A DNA stretch of 64,000 nt from the NCBI GenBank assembly GCA_050287845.1, contig JBNKCR010000077.1:23506-87505 (forward strand). The letters run 5' to 3'. This document shows, piece after piece, positions 10,042 to 20,099 of the stretch (the stretch's first letter is position 1; the number at the start of each line of letters is the position of its first letter). The translations under genes were made by a program, and so were the position numbers. Under the pieces are notes generated by a model. The model had not been told where the DNA came from and made no database searches. It was given only the letters and a program-made list of their open reading frames with translations. Origin of the DNA: Polyangia bacterium (GTDB lineage Bacteria > Myxococcota_A > Polyangia > JAAYKL01).

Positions 10042-10359
10042 ATGAATATCAGACCGAGGGAAGACGGATACGAATCGGATTCGGAAGAGGGGAAAGCGAC
10101 TTCATCCGATGGGAGCCGGCAAGTGGTGCTGAGCCACGTGATTCAGGCGGTGGAGGAGTTCAAGAATAAGCTCGGTGACAACATTCTGTGTGAAGTCGAT
10201 GTGACGGTGGACGGAAAATGGTGCACATTCGAGGGAACAGTGGACTCACAGGAAGTCCGTACGGCCCTTTTTGATTTGGTTCCCTGTTGTAATGGTAAGC
10301 GATTTATTGTGGACAGGCTTCATGTTACCTACGACCTCAGTGAGGTAAGTGAGGTTTGA
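10042..10359 (+). CDS. Small BON-domain-like protein
   Basis: RBS aggagg. VDVTVDGKWCTFEGTVDS...IVDRLHV fits the BON pattern. Paralog at 15531. Confidence 0.7.
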   Translation: MNIRPREDGYESDSEEGKATSSDGSRQVVLSHVIQAVEEFKNKLGDNILCEVDVTVDGKWCTFEGTVDSQEVRTALFDLVPCCNGKRFIVDRLHVTYDLSEVSEV

Positions 10360-10558
10360 ACAGACGTGAACCGGGGGCGCCCGCGGAAGCGGGTGTGCAT
10401 CGGCAGCCCAGGATTCTCTGGAACAGCATCTCTGAAATGGTCGGTTATCTGAATCGGCTCCGGTATGGTGCGGGTGGGCGTGTGGACCGGGGAAACCGGA
10501 ATCGAGTGACAGAAATTGTTTATCCCTAAAGATTTTACTGAGTTATCCGATATACATA

Positions 10559-12085
10559 TTGGAGATGCAGGTATTAGATATCACAATCCAGGCAGAAACC
10601 CCCGAAGCGGCCGCGCAGATTGCGCTCAGCAAGCTGACCGGTCCCGGTGAAAATATTCGTGTGACCCCTATTGGGGAGGGTATTTTCATTGCGTCCGTGA
10701 TTGATTCGGATGCCAGTATTCAGTTCGATATATCTGAAGATCGTATGCGCTGTGAAGTGGTGTCGGTGCAGGAAGGCCGGGGAAGCGGTGTTCCATTTAA
10801 TTCAGCGTTGTTTGAGAGAACCCTGGCCGAGCAGGGTATTGTATTCGGAGTGGAGTCGGGGGTCTTCAGGCAGATTCTGGACAAAATTGAAGCAGGGGAA
10901 TCCGCATCGGGCATCCTTGTGGCCAAAGGGCTTGAGCCCCGAAACGGCACCAGTGGGAAAGTGGTGTTGAATATCCGAAAGAATGTGGCAGCCGGAACCA
11001 CCGGGGCCCATGGCCAGGTGGATTATCACGAGCGGAATTTTATAGAAACCGTGGCAAAGGATCAGTTGCTGGCAACAGTGGCTAGGGCAACGGAAGGTAC
11101 CCCGGGAAAGGATGTTACCGGGAAGGTTATTCCTGCGAAAACCGGAACGCCGGCGATTTTCAAGGCAGCGGAAAACACGTATTTTTCGCCGGATAAAACC
11201 GAGGTGCGCGCTGCCATGGATGGCATGGTGAGCTATGTCCACAATGTGCTCTCCGTAACGGATGTGATGACGTACACCGGAGACATCGACTACGAAACAG
11301 GCAATATCCACATGACGAAGGGATCGGTCCTCGTTCGGGGCAGTGTGCGTCCCGGATTTGCGGTGGAAGCATCCGGTAATGTGGTGGTGAGCCAGAGCGT
11401 GTCCGAAGCCACTTTGCGGGCAGGCAGCGATGTGGAGGTGCGCGAAGGGGTCATTGAGTGCCAGGTGCACGCCGAAGGTTCCATCACCGTGAAATACGCG
11501 CAGAATTGCAAGCTGGAAGCCGGGGGCGACGTGGTCATCTCCAACAGCGCCCATAACTGCGAGATTATCTGCGGCGGGAAACTGGTGATGACCGACGGTA
11601 AAGGAATTATCCGGGGAGGTTTCTGCAGAAGCAACAGAGGCATTTCAGTGAAACAATGTGGCAACCGGGGTGGCATCCGGACCGAACTATGCCTTGGGCC
11701 CCGGAACGACAGCGAAATCGAGTTGACGAAACAGCGCGCGGAAATCAACGACACGCTGTTTCATATTGCACAGTTTATCGGTGATCCGGACCATCGGTTG
11801 GGCAGTGAGCATCTGTCGGAAGAAGAGCAAAACGATATGAAGAAGGTGCTGAAAAAGCGCAATGAGCTGAAAGCCGCACGCATGCGAATCAACTCCATCC
11901 TCCACGCCATCAAGGAAGAGCACAGCTGTGCGCAGTGTGCAACGATTGAAGTTCTGGAGATGGCGTATCCCGGTACCGAAGTGCAGATTCGGGACGCCAG
12001 ACTGAGCGTGTCACACCCCCTGGCGAAGGCCCGATTCAGCTACGATGTGGACGCAGAAAAAGTGGCCATCACCCCCATTATTTGA
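10559..12085 (+). CDS. FapA / DUF342 family protein
   Basis: VAKGLEPRNG, GQVDYHERNFIETV, GTPGKDVTG, GDIDYETGNI, beta-helix repeats, coiled coil, YPGTEVQI. The true start may be ATG 10565. Confidence 0.88.
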   Translation: MEMQVLDITIQAETPEAAAQIALSKLTGPGENIRVTPIGEGIFIASVIDSDASIQFDISEDRMRCEVVSVQEGRGSGVPFNSALFERTLAEQGIVFGVESGVFRQILDKIEAGESASGILVAKGLEPRNGTSGKVVLNIRKNVAAGTTGAHGQVDYHERNFIETVAKDQLLATVARATEGTPGKDVTGKVIPAKTGTPAIFKAAENTYFSPDKTEVRAAMDGMVSYVHNVLSVTDVMTYTGDIDYETGNIHMTKGSVLVRGSVRPGFAVEASGNVVVSQSVSEATLRAGSDVEVREGVIECQVHAEGSITVKYAQNCKLEAGGDVVISNSAHNCEIICGGKLVMTDGKGIIRGGFCRSNRGISVKQCGNRGGIRTELCLGPRNDSEIELTKQRAEINDTLFHIAQFIGDPDHRLGSEHLSEEEQNDMKKVLKKRNELKAARMRINSILHAIKEEHSCAQCATIEVLEMAYPGTEVQIRDARLSVSHPLAKARFSYDVDAEKVAITPII

Positions 12086-13868
12086 AGCCGGGTTGGTATT
12101 CCATGGCGCCCATATCCTGCACAGCCACGTTGTCCCCGTCGCCATCAATAACGCGGTATCCCATGAGATAATCCAATGGAATGCTTTCTTCGATATTGCT
12201 ATCGCCATCCAGATCAACGCTATCCGCTGCGCCCACGCTGGCGTCACCCGCATCGATGCATCGGGAATTCGTAGCCAGACTGAAATCTCCGTTCTCCGCG
12301 TCGGTGAATCTGGGGTTCAGGTTCACGATGTTGGAATTGTCGCAGTCGGCTCCGACAAAAATCGTACACGGCGTTTGCAGCAGATTGTTTCGGAAGAGGG
12401 GCGTGGTGGCGGAACTGAGAATCTCGGGTTCGTCGTTTTTATAAAAGAGGTTGTTGGTCAGGATTGCGCCGTCAATGGTACCCAGATGAACCGTCCCCGA
12501 AGACGTTGACCGTACCGAGTTGCTGTACAGGGTATTGGCATCCATGTGGAAATTGTGGGCATCAGTGTACACAAACAGTGCGCCACCCACTGCGCCCCGG
12601 TTGTCTGTGAAGATGCTGTTGGTGACAGTGACTCCCTCCGAATCCACAATGAATGCGGCGCCGCCGGGACCGGCACTGGAATTGCCTTTGAACAGGGAGT
12701 GACCAATATATACGCTATTCTGGGCTGTCAGTGCCAGGGCGCCACCGTTGCCGCCGGTGGCGGTATTGTTCTCAAAGGAACATCGGGAAATTCGGCCACC
12801 GGTCCCGCTGGTCAGATACAGGGCCCCTCCGCGACTTTCCGCCGAGTTGTTGATGAAACGGCACTGCTCAATCACCGGCGCCATCCCGGCGGAGTAGAGT
12901 CCGCCACCGGAAGCGCCGGACTGCTGCGGATCGTTCGAGTCCACATTGTCTGCATTGCCCCCCTGGATGGTAAACCCGCTGATGAAGGCACTCGAGACCG
13001 CTGTGACCACATGATAGGTATTGTCACTGAGCGTATCCGCATCAGAGTCATCATCGTTTCCTGCGAGATCGCCGCTCAGAACAGTGATATTTTCTTTCAC
13101 TCTCCTATCGTCGCGGACAGTCTCATAACCGGAAAATCCACCATACAGAGAAACGGAAAGTTTTTTCAGCATGAACGTTTTTGACCGCTCATCCGCAGCG
13201 TCCAGCTGCAGGGTGGGCAGATACGTACCCTTGGCTACCCAGATTTCGCAGGGGATATCCGCTCTGGCGCCATCAATGGCATCCTGGATGTGTTCAAACG
13301 CCACGCTCCATTGACTGCCATCATGGCCAGCATAATTGGTCATTCCCTGCCGGACATATAAAATGCAGTCGGCATCGGGGTCGGTGTCCGAGTGCGTGTC
13401 CGAGTCAGTGTCCGATTCGGAATCCGTTGCCGTATCAGAATCCACCACGGTGTCCGAGTCTGAAGATGTTTCGGTATCGTTGCTGGTATCGTCTCCGGTG
13501 TCGCTGCCATCGGTTGTGCCGGTTTCGGTATCTCTACCGGTATCCGTGTCGGTTTGCGTGTCGGTTTGCCCTTCCGTTGCGGTCTCTGAAGATGTCTCGG
13601 TATCTGTGGCGGTATCATCGTCGGACGCGGTATCTGTATCTGCATCGGTGGTGGACGGGGTGTCACTGTCGTCCGGAGCGGAATCATCCGAAGATGTCGA
13701 CGAGGAATCTGTATTGGCGCCGGTGTCTGTTGACCATGAAGTGGTGCTTTCGGTATCGGATTTTCCCCACTCCACAACCGGACCGTGGCTGCAGGCGCCA
13801 GTGAGCAGCAGAACGAAAGTGCATGAAACGGGTAAAAGAATATTGGAGAGTGCGCGTAAAACGTTCAT
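12078..13868 (-). CDS. Lipoprotein with D/T/S-rich linker and right-handed beta-helix (choice-of-anchor-Q-like C-terminus)
   Basis: Lipobox TGA-C, EIWVAKGTY, LYGGFSG, repeated F..N.A..GGA units, SRCIDAG...DMGAMEYQ. Confidence 0.85.
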   Translation of the reverse strand: MNVLRALSNILLPVSCTFVLLLTGACSHGPVVEWGKSDTESTTSWSTDTGANTDSSSTSSDDSAPDDSDTPSTTDADTDTASDDDTATDTETSSETATEGQTDTQTDTDTGRDTETGTTDGSDTGDDTSNDTETSSDSDTVVDSDTATDSESDTDSDTHSDTDPDADCILYVRQGMTNYAGHDGSQWSVAFEHIQDAIDGARADIPCEIWVAKGTYLPTLQLDAADERSKTFMLKKLSVSLYGGFSGYETVRDDRRVKENITVLSGDLAGNDDDSDADTLSDNTYHVVTAVSSAFISGFTIQGGNADNVDSNDPQQSGASGGGLYSAGMAPVIEQCRFINNSAESRGGALYLTSGTGGRISRCSFENNTATGGNGGALALTAQNSVYIGHSLFKGNSSAGPGGAAFIVDSEGVTVTNSIFTDNRGAVGGALFVYTDAHNFHMDANTLYSNSVRSTSSGTVHLGTIDGAILTNNLFYKNDEPEILSSATTPLFRNNLLQTPCTIFVGADCDNSNIVNLNPRFTDAENGDFSLATNSRCIDAGDASVGAADSVDLDGDSNIEESIPLDYLMGYRVIDGDGDNVAVQDMGAMEYQPGFK

Positions 13869-13869
13869 A

Positions 13870-15033
13870 CTAAAACCTCATCGTCACGGCACCGGGAACA
13901 ACGGAGACCGCTGATTTCTGCTGGCGGTGTTTTTTCAGAAGCAAGACGCCACTGATAGTTGTGATCGTTGCCAGTGCGACCGTGCTGATCAATGCCGCTG
14001 TCGTCATTGTATCAAATTTTTCCACCTGATCTTTCAGATTGTACATTTCTCCCAGAGAAACATCATTGCCGTTAATTCGGCGGCTGCGGTTCAGATTGTC
14101 GAGTTCATCATTCTTTTTGCCGGCAATCCCCCAGAAAATCGCCGTTGCGCCTCCTGTAAGCGCGGTGAGCGCCGCCGATGTGAAAAATGTGATTTGCAGA
14201 GGCTTCAGGCTGAGGGGCTCATTGCCGTTCAGCATGGCCGGGTTATTCTGCACGTGGAAAGGAACCGCGCTGGGAGCGGGCGGCAGAGGCTTGACCGATG
14301 GTGCCTTCTTTGCCTTCAGTCTGATCACCGCTTCCTCCGCACTGCCAACCGTGAGGGGCTGTGAATGGATCACTTCACCGTACAGCACAATATCCACCTG
14401 ATGAGGTACCGATGCCGTTACCCGGAGTTCCCCGGTCAGTGGCACCGTTCCGCGCAAGGTATCATCCACATAAACTTCGGCCCCTCTGGGCGCGTCTTCC
14501 ACTTCGATTCTGCCCACCAGTTCCCGAAGCAGCTTCACCTCATTCACCACCTCGGTGACGCGGTCGTCCGGAATCTGGTCTCCCCCCATTGCCATATACT
14601 TCTCGTAGGCCTCCAGCGCGAGCCCGAAGTTCCTGGCACCTGATTCAGCCTGCCCAATGCTGTACCACAGCGTCCAGACCGGATTGTGAGTGTATGCCTG
14701 TCGATACAGGGCAGACGCTTCCCGGTAATTTTTGATGTTATAATTCTCGTCGCCGGCAGCAATGAGCTGCTGCACGTATTCTTCTTCAGATGAAGCGCTC
14801 ACCGTTTGTGCCCGTAGCGGAACGGAAATGCACAGGCCCCAGAGAACCGCGATGCAGAGAATGATCGAATGCGCCCTGCGGTGCCGCGATACAACAGTTT
14901 GCCGGTAACGGGGGGCAACAACTGAACGAAAACGGGAAAACCGAATGAATTCGAACCTTTCAGGTTCAATGGACCAACGGTTTCCTGAAAGCGGGGGTTT
15001 CGATGTCGGGGAAAGCCTGGAAGCGCGTACCAT
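13870..15033 (-). CDS. TPR + PEGA domain membrane protein (true start probably downstream)
   Basis: Signal-like segment, TPR-like helices (YREASALYRQAY..ALEAYEKY), PEGA motif GAEVYVDD..GTVP, two C-terminal hydrophobic helices. Abuts the next gene. Confidence 0.75.
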   Translation of the reverse strand: MVRASRLSPTSKPPLSGNRWSIEPERFEFIRFSRFRSVVAPRYRQTVVSRHRRAHSIILCIAVLWGLCISVPLRAQTVSASSEEEYVQQLIAAGDENYNIKNYREASALYRQAYTHNPVWTLWYSIGQAESGARNFGLALEAYEKYMAMGGDQIPDDRVTEVVNEVKLLRELVGRIEVEDAPRGAEVYVDDTLRGTVPLTGELRVTASVPHQVDIVLYGEVIHSQPLTVGSAEEAVIRLKAKKAPSVKPLPPAPSAVPFHVQNNPAMLNGNEPLSLKPLQITFFTSAALTALTGGATAIFWGIAGKKNDELDNLNRSRRINGNDVSLGEMYNLKDQVEKFDTMTTAALISTVALATITTISGVLLLKKHRQQKSAVSVVPGAVTMRF

Positions 15034-15530
15034 TTAATATCTGTTCCTTTCTGCGGGCGATCGAACTGGCTATGGCAGAGGGTGAAATACGTCGCACATT
15101 TAACCATAATCCGTAGTGAAATTCGAGTATTAATCTGTAAAAAGATCTTCTCTTGAATAAAAAAGTCGCAGTGGATCCCCCCGATATATTTGATGGGTAA
15201 AATTTTTCTTACAGTGAAATATATCACTCGGATGAAGCAAACGAGGTATTGTTTATTTTAAAGTGCGATAGTTTATTTTTATTAAAAAAAAATCATGTTT
15301 CCGATATGACCGGGAAACCCTGTGCCGGTCAGGGATATCTCAAATGTTACATTCGTGTCACTGATAATTCAAAGGAAATCCTGGACATGCCTGTTCAACG
15401 TAGTCACACTTAAAGGGTCTGGACCGAATCAATGTGCCATTGCGTGCATCGGCAGGACCGTTGCGGTCACGTGATTCGGCAGGACAGGGGACTCGCACAG
15501 GATCTGGCAAGGGTCCCATGAACTCAACAG

Positions 15531-15836
15531 ATGGAGGAAAATGTGATCATAGAGAATAATCAGGAAGAAAGTACGGACCCACTCAAGCATCGGCGACAGT
15601 TTGGGAACCTGCCGATTGACAACCTGCAACTGCAACGGGATGTGAATATCGTGACAGATAACCTTGCCGCTGACTCAACGTACGGCGTGGAGGTATCGGT
15701 GGAAGGGCGCTGGGTGATTTTCGATGGAACGGTGGATACCCAGGATACCCGCATGGCGCTGTTCATGCTGGTTCCCCCCCGGGATGGCAGACGCCATATC
15801 ATTGATCGTCTGAATGTCACATATGACTTCAGCTGA
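15531..15836 (+). CDS. Small BON-domain-like protein
   Basis: VEVSVEGRWVIFDGTVDT...IIDRLNVTYD is clearly similar to 10042-10359. Confidence 0.7.
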   Translation: MEENVIIENNQEESTDPLKHRRQFGNLPIDNLQLQRDVNIVTDNLAADSTYGVEVSVEGRWVIFDGTVDTQDTRMALFMLVPPRDGRRHIIDRLNVTYDFS

Positions 15837-15848
15837 AATGAACAGGGG

Positions 15849-16634
15849 ATGATGATGGGATACAGACACTTACTGGTAAGCGATATTGATGGGACCCTGC
15901 TTCTGAACGGAAACGCCACCCCGGGACTGAAGGCGCTCAAACAGCTGATTCGCGCCCACAACGGGTCCGTGGCCCTGGTGTATGCCACCGGTCGATCCAT
16001 TGAGTCCACCCTGGCATTGGTGGATAAGGGCATTCTCCCGGTTCCCCGGGCGATTGCGCCGTTTGTGGGGACAGAAATCTGGTACCCGGCGTGGCATACG
16101 TCCGTGGAGTACCAGTCTCGGATTGATGCGGAATGGCAACGGGACGAAATTCTTCACTGGGCACAGAAGACCTTCCGGCTGCGGCTTCAGGAAGACCATT
16201 TTCAGAGCCCGAATAAAATCAGCTTTTATCTCGACAGCCATGCCACGGTATACGATTTGAAGTCGTTTCTGGATAGCAAACAGCTGAAGGCCAAGGTGAT
16301 TTATTCCTGTGGCAAATATCTGGACATTCTTCCGGCTGTGGCGGGAAAGGCCAATGCCGTGCGCTTTCTGATGAATAAATGGCAGATCGAACCGGGGAAT
16401 GTGCTGACATGCGGTGATTCCGGCAATGATATTGATATGCTCACGCTGCCGAACACCTGCAATGTGGCCGTGGGGAATCTGGAATCAGAACTGGAGAGGC
16501 TTTCAACCCGGGGGGCATTTTATGTGGCGGAACTGCCCTACGCCGGCGGCGTGCTGGAAGGCGCAGCGGCATTCGATTTCTGGCCACCCACTCCCGGAAC
16601 GGCAGACCGCATGGCAGACGTCCCGTCTGTTTGA
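15849..16634 (+). CDS. HAD-IIB phosphatase, sucrose-6-phosphate phosphatase-like
   Basis: SDIDGTL, YATGRS, LDILP..AGK, CGDSGND. Confidence 0.9.
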   Translation: MMMGYRHLLVSDIDGTLLLNGNATPGLKALKQLIRAHNGSVALVYATGRSIESTLALVDKGILPVPRAIAPFVGTEIWYPAWHTSVEYQSRIDAEWQRDEILHWAQKTFRLRLQEDHFQSPNKISFYLDSHATVYDLKSFLDSKQLKAKVIYSCGKYLDILPAVAGKANAVRFLMNKWQIEPGNVLTCGDSGNDIDMLTLPNTCNVAVGNLESELERLSTRGAFYVAELPYAGGVLEGAAAFDFWPPTPGTADRMADVPSV

Positions 16635-16697
16635 ACGGTGGACGCATCTACATTTTGGCAGTCTGGTTTCGCTGAGATATTCTGCAGTGAGGCCAGG

Positions 16698-16869
16698 ATG
16701 GCAGGGCTATTGTACAATCCGTTCGGCGACATGCAAATCGACAATTCTGTTTTCATGGGCAGCAGTACAGATAACGGCGGCGATGCCGGCAGCAGACTGG
16801 ATGTTTCCAACTTTTGCGAGAATCCAGAGCTACCCGATAGTGGACATGGGCGCGTTTGAGTATCAGTGA
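16698..16869 (+). pseudogene. Remnant of a beta-helix / choice-of-anchor-Q-type gene
   Basis: One frame reads YN..GDMQIDNSVFMGSSTDNGG. Another ends IVDMGAFEYQ-stop, matching VQDMGAMEYQ in 12078-13868. Confidence 0.55.
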
Positions 16870-16984
16870 GACGCCCACGAAATAAAGATATCCAATTCAG
16901 ACCCGCGCCATCCTTTTCTTCTTGCCGACTTGCAATAATTTCGTAGCATGCGCACATTGAACGCGGACATAGGAGTATAATATT

Positions 16985-18397
16985 ATGAAAATAGTGAGAC
17001 TACATCGTGTCATGCCAGCTGTATTCATTGCCTGCATCGTCGGCAGTTTCAGTGCCGGCGCGTATGCCGCTGACCCGGAAACCAGAGAAACCCTCAGCAT
17101 CCCTTTTGAAAAGTACACATTGCCAAATGGCCTCGAAGTGATCATTCACGAGGATCACAGTCTCCCGCTGGTGGCCGTGAATGTCTGGTACCATGTGGGC
17201 GCCGTCAATGAAAAGGCGGGAAAGACCGGATTCGCCCACCTGTTTGAACACATTATGTTTCAGGGATCGGGGCATATCCCGGACGACGCCCATATCCGCA
17301 TTCTGGAGCAGATTGGCGCCAGTGACCTCAACGGCAGCACCGGATTTGACCGGACCAATTACTTTCAGACCGTGCCATCCAATCATCTGGAAACCGCCCT
17401 CTGGCTGGAGAGCGACCGGATGGGATTTCTGCTCGATACCCTGACCCTGGCCAAGCTGGATACCCAGCGGGACGTGGTGAAAAATGAACGGCGGCAGACC
17501 ACCGAAAACCAACCTTACGGGCTGGCGGAGGAGGCCTTCTGGCAACGTATTTTTCCGGCGAACCATCCTTATTATGGAATGATTATCGGTTCCATGGATG
17601 ATTTGACCAACGCGAGTCTGGACGATGTTCGCTCCTTTTTTACCACCTGGTATTCGCCATCCAACGCCACCCTGACCATCGCGGGGGATGTGAAGCCGGC
17701 AGACGCCAAAGCACTGGTGGAAAAATATTTCGGCCCCATAAAAGGAGAACCGGCACCGAAACTCGGAACGCTGCCGGCGGTTGACCTCAAAGAGTCATTC
17801 ACCATGCGGTACGACGAACCCATCGCACCGTTGACCAAAATTCAGCTGTCGTGGATTACCCCCAAACTGTTTGCCCCCGGCGATGCCGAGGCGGATATTC
17901 TGGCCAACATTCTGTCGTCGGGAAAATCATCCCTGTTGGAGCGAAAGCTGATTCGGGAGCTCGAAATGGTGCAGAAGGTTTCCGCGTATCAGATGTCCCT
18001 TGAATATCTGTCGGTGTTCACCATCGAGGCAACGGTTCGGGAAGGCGTTTCACCGGAAGCCGTCCTTGGCGAAATTGACAGCGTCCTGGATTCGGTGCGA
18101 CAGGGCAACGTGGCCCCCGAGCTGGTGTCCCGGGCGGTGAATCAGTTTGAGACCGGGTATTTCCTTGCGCTGGAGCAGATTGGACATGTGGCCGATCAGC
18201 TGCAGACGTACAATCATTATCTGGGAAATCCCGACTATGTCGAAGCCGATCTGGCGCGGTACACCCATGTGACGCCGGAGAATGTGGTGGATTTTGCCAA
18301 TACCTGGCTGTCCCCCGACAAGAGGGGCGTGCTTTACGCGGTTCCCGTTAAACAGACATCTCAGGCAGAGAACAGCGAGAAAGAGGCGAGCAGATGA
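16985..18397 (+). CDS. M16 family zinc peptidase, catalytic subunit
   Basis: Signal peptide, LPNGL, HLFEH (HxxEH), LWLESDRM, KNERRQ. Confidence 0.93.
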   Translation: MKIVRLHRVMPAVFIACIVGSFSAGAYAADPETRETLSIPFEKYTLPNGLEVIIHEDHSLPLVAVNVWYHVGAVNEKAGKTGFAHLFEHIMFQGSGHIPDDAHIRILEQIGASDLNGSTGFDRTNYFQTVPSNHLETALWLESDRMGFLLDTLTLAKLDTQRDVVKNERRQTTENQPYGLAEEAFWQRIFPANHPYYGMIIGSMDDLTNASLDDVRSFFTTWYSPSNATLTIAGDVKPADAKALVEKYFGPIKGEPAPKLGTLPAVDLKESFTMRYDEPIAPLTKIQLSWITPKLFAPGDAEADILANILSSGKSSLLERKLIRELEMVQKVSAYQMSLEYLSVFTIEATVREGVSPEAVLGEIDSVLDSVRQGNVAPELVSRAVNQFETGYFLALEQIGHVADQLQTYNHYLGNPDYVEADLARYTHVTPENVVDFANTWLSPDKRGVLYAVPVKQTSQAENSEKEASR

Positions 18398-19914
18398 AGT
18401 ACAGGTTGTTGAGTTTTACCCTGCTATGCAGCAGTTTGAGTTTGATGAGCATATCGTGTTCTTCTGCGAAACCGGCGACGACCAGTCCGGTTGCCGTTCG
18501 GGCTGAACCCGACACCGCAGGGAATAGGGCAACGGATTCAGCGGACGACGCATCGTGGCGGGCAACGCCGCCTCAGGTGGGACCGGCGCCCGATGTGGTG
18601 ATTCCATTTTTCGAGCAGGCCAGTCTGCCCAACGGACTGACGGTGATGGTGGTGCATCGCGCCACGTTGCCGCTGGTGTCGGTGTCCCTGGTGCTGAAAA
18701 GCGGCAGTGCGGTGGAATCCGCATCCGAACAGGGGCTGGCGGACCTCACGTACGAGATGATGCTGGAAGGCACCGCAGATATGGATGGTGTGGCGCTGGC
18801 CGCGGCGTTCGCGGATCTCGGAAGCCGGGTGAGTGTGGGAACCGCTGAAGATGGCGCCGCGTTCAAGGCACTGCTGCTGAAAAAGAATCTGGAAGCTGGC
18901 CTGAACCTGATGATGGACATTCTGAATCGACCGGCCTTCAAAAAGGATGATTTTGTTCGCAGGCAGAAAGAACGGGTATCTGAACTGCAGAGTCTCATGG
19001 GCAATCCCCAGTATCTGAGCAGCATTGTGGCGTCCGCCCGGGTGTTTGGCGAAGGTCATCCGTATGCCCACCCGGTGATGGGTACCGCCGAATCTGTCGC
19101 CGGATTCAAGCTGAAGCAGCTGAAACGATTTTACCGCAAGCATGTTTCGCCGGAGAATGCCGCCCTGGTGCTGGCCGGAGATATTACCCTCGACGAGGCA
19201 GTGGTGCTGGCCACCGAAAAATTCGGGGCGTGGCAAAGCAGATTGGGCGAAAACAGCCCTGTTCGCGAAAAAATCAACCGGGAATCCCGGCCGACCTTTT
19301 CTGTGGCGCTGGTGGCCAAACCCGGGATGAATCAGACCATTATCTCAGCGGGTACAGTTGCGTTGCCGGTGGGGGATAACGACGAATGGGCCCTGCGGAT
19401 TGCCATTGACGCATTCAGTGGCATGTTCGGCAGCCGGCTGAATATGAATCTGCGTGAAGATAAGGCGTACACCTACGGGGCCAGAGGGTATCTGGATGCC
19501 ATGTTTCAGGATGGGGCAGTCATGATATCCACGTCGGTTCAGGGAGATGTGACCGGGGCCGCGCTGAAGGAAATCATGGCGGAGTTCGACGACCTGAAAA
19601 CCCACCCCATTACCGAGGATGAATTTCATGGGGCGCGGGAAAACGTGCTCAAGTCCGTCTCCGGCTGGTTTGAAAGCGTGTCCGGACTGGGCAGCGCCGC
19701 TCAGACGATCTTCCAGCGCGACCTGCCGTTGTCGCGGTACAGCGAGATGGTGAACGCATATCGTAAACTGACACTGGAAGATGTGAGAAAAGCGGCAGAT
19801 AAGTATCTCAACCCCTCCACCGTTCAGGTGGTACTGGTGGGAGATCCCACCCTGATAAAAACGCAGCTGTCCACTGCTTCCTTCGGTGAACCGACCCTGA
19901 TCTCCCTGGACTGA
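18394..19914 (+). CDS. M16 family peptidase, non-catalytic partner subunit (probable lipoprotein)
   Basis: ATGA overlap, LPNGL, no HxxEH (DLTYE instead), SRLNMNLREDKAYTYG. Confidence 0.9.
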   Translation: MKYRLLSFTLLCSSLSLMSISCSSAKPATTSPVAVRAEPDTAGNRATDSADDASWRATPPQVGPAPDVVIPFFEQASLPNGLTVMVVHRATLPLVSVSLVLKSGSAVESASEQGLADLTYEMMLEGTADMDGVALAAAFADLGSRVSVGTAEDGAAFKALLLKKNLEAGLNLMMDILNRPAFKKDDFVRRQKERVSELQSLMGNPQYLSSIVASARVFGEGHPYAHPVMGTAESVAGFKLKQLKRFYRKHVSPENAALVLAGDITLDEAVVLATEKFGAWQSRLGENSPVREKINRESRPTFSVALVAKPGMNQTIISAGTVALPVGDNDEWALRIAIDAFSGMFGSRLNMNLREDKAYTYGARGYLDAMFQDGAVMISTSVQGDVTGAALKEIMAEFDDLKTHPITEDEFHGARENVLKSVSGWFESVSGLGSAAQTIFQRDLPLSRYSEMVNAYRKLTLEDVRKAADKYLNPSTVQVVLVGDPTLIKTQLSTASFGEPTLISLD

Positions 19915-19929
19915 TCGGAACCCATTGGC

Positions 19930-19951
19930 CCGGCGTCTGGCCAGACGCCGG
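19930..19951. terminator. Perfect 22 bp palindrome between convergent genes, possible terminator or processing hairpin
   Basis: ccggcgtctgg|ccagacgccgg. No U-tract. Confidence 0.4.
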
Positions 19952-20099
19952 ATTCGCGTCATACGCCATATGAGGAAATGGAACCGTTCAACCTCCGGTT
20001 GAAACCCGCACAACTGAAATCCTGAACAGGTATCAGCGCGATTTATAAGACATGTCCGGCATGGAACTTCCCTTGCGGTCCCTCAGGCGTCCAGCTACA

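Noticed and set aside
16985..19914. Inactive second M16 subunit as a novelty
   Set aside because: Active plus inactive M16B gene pairs are well known.
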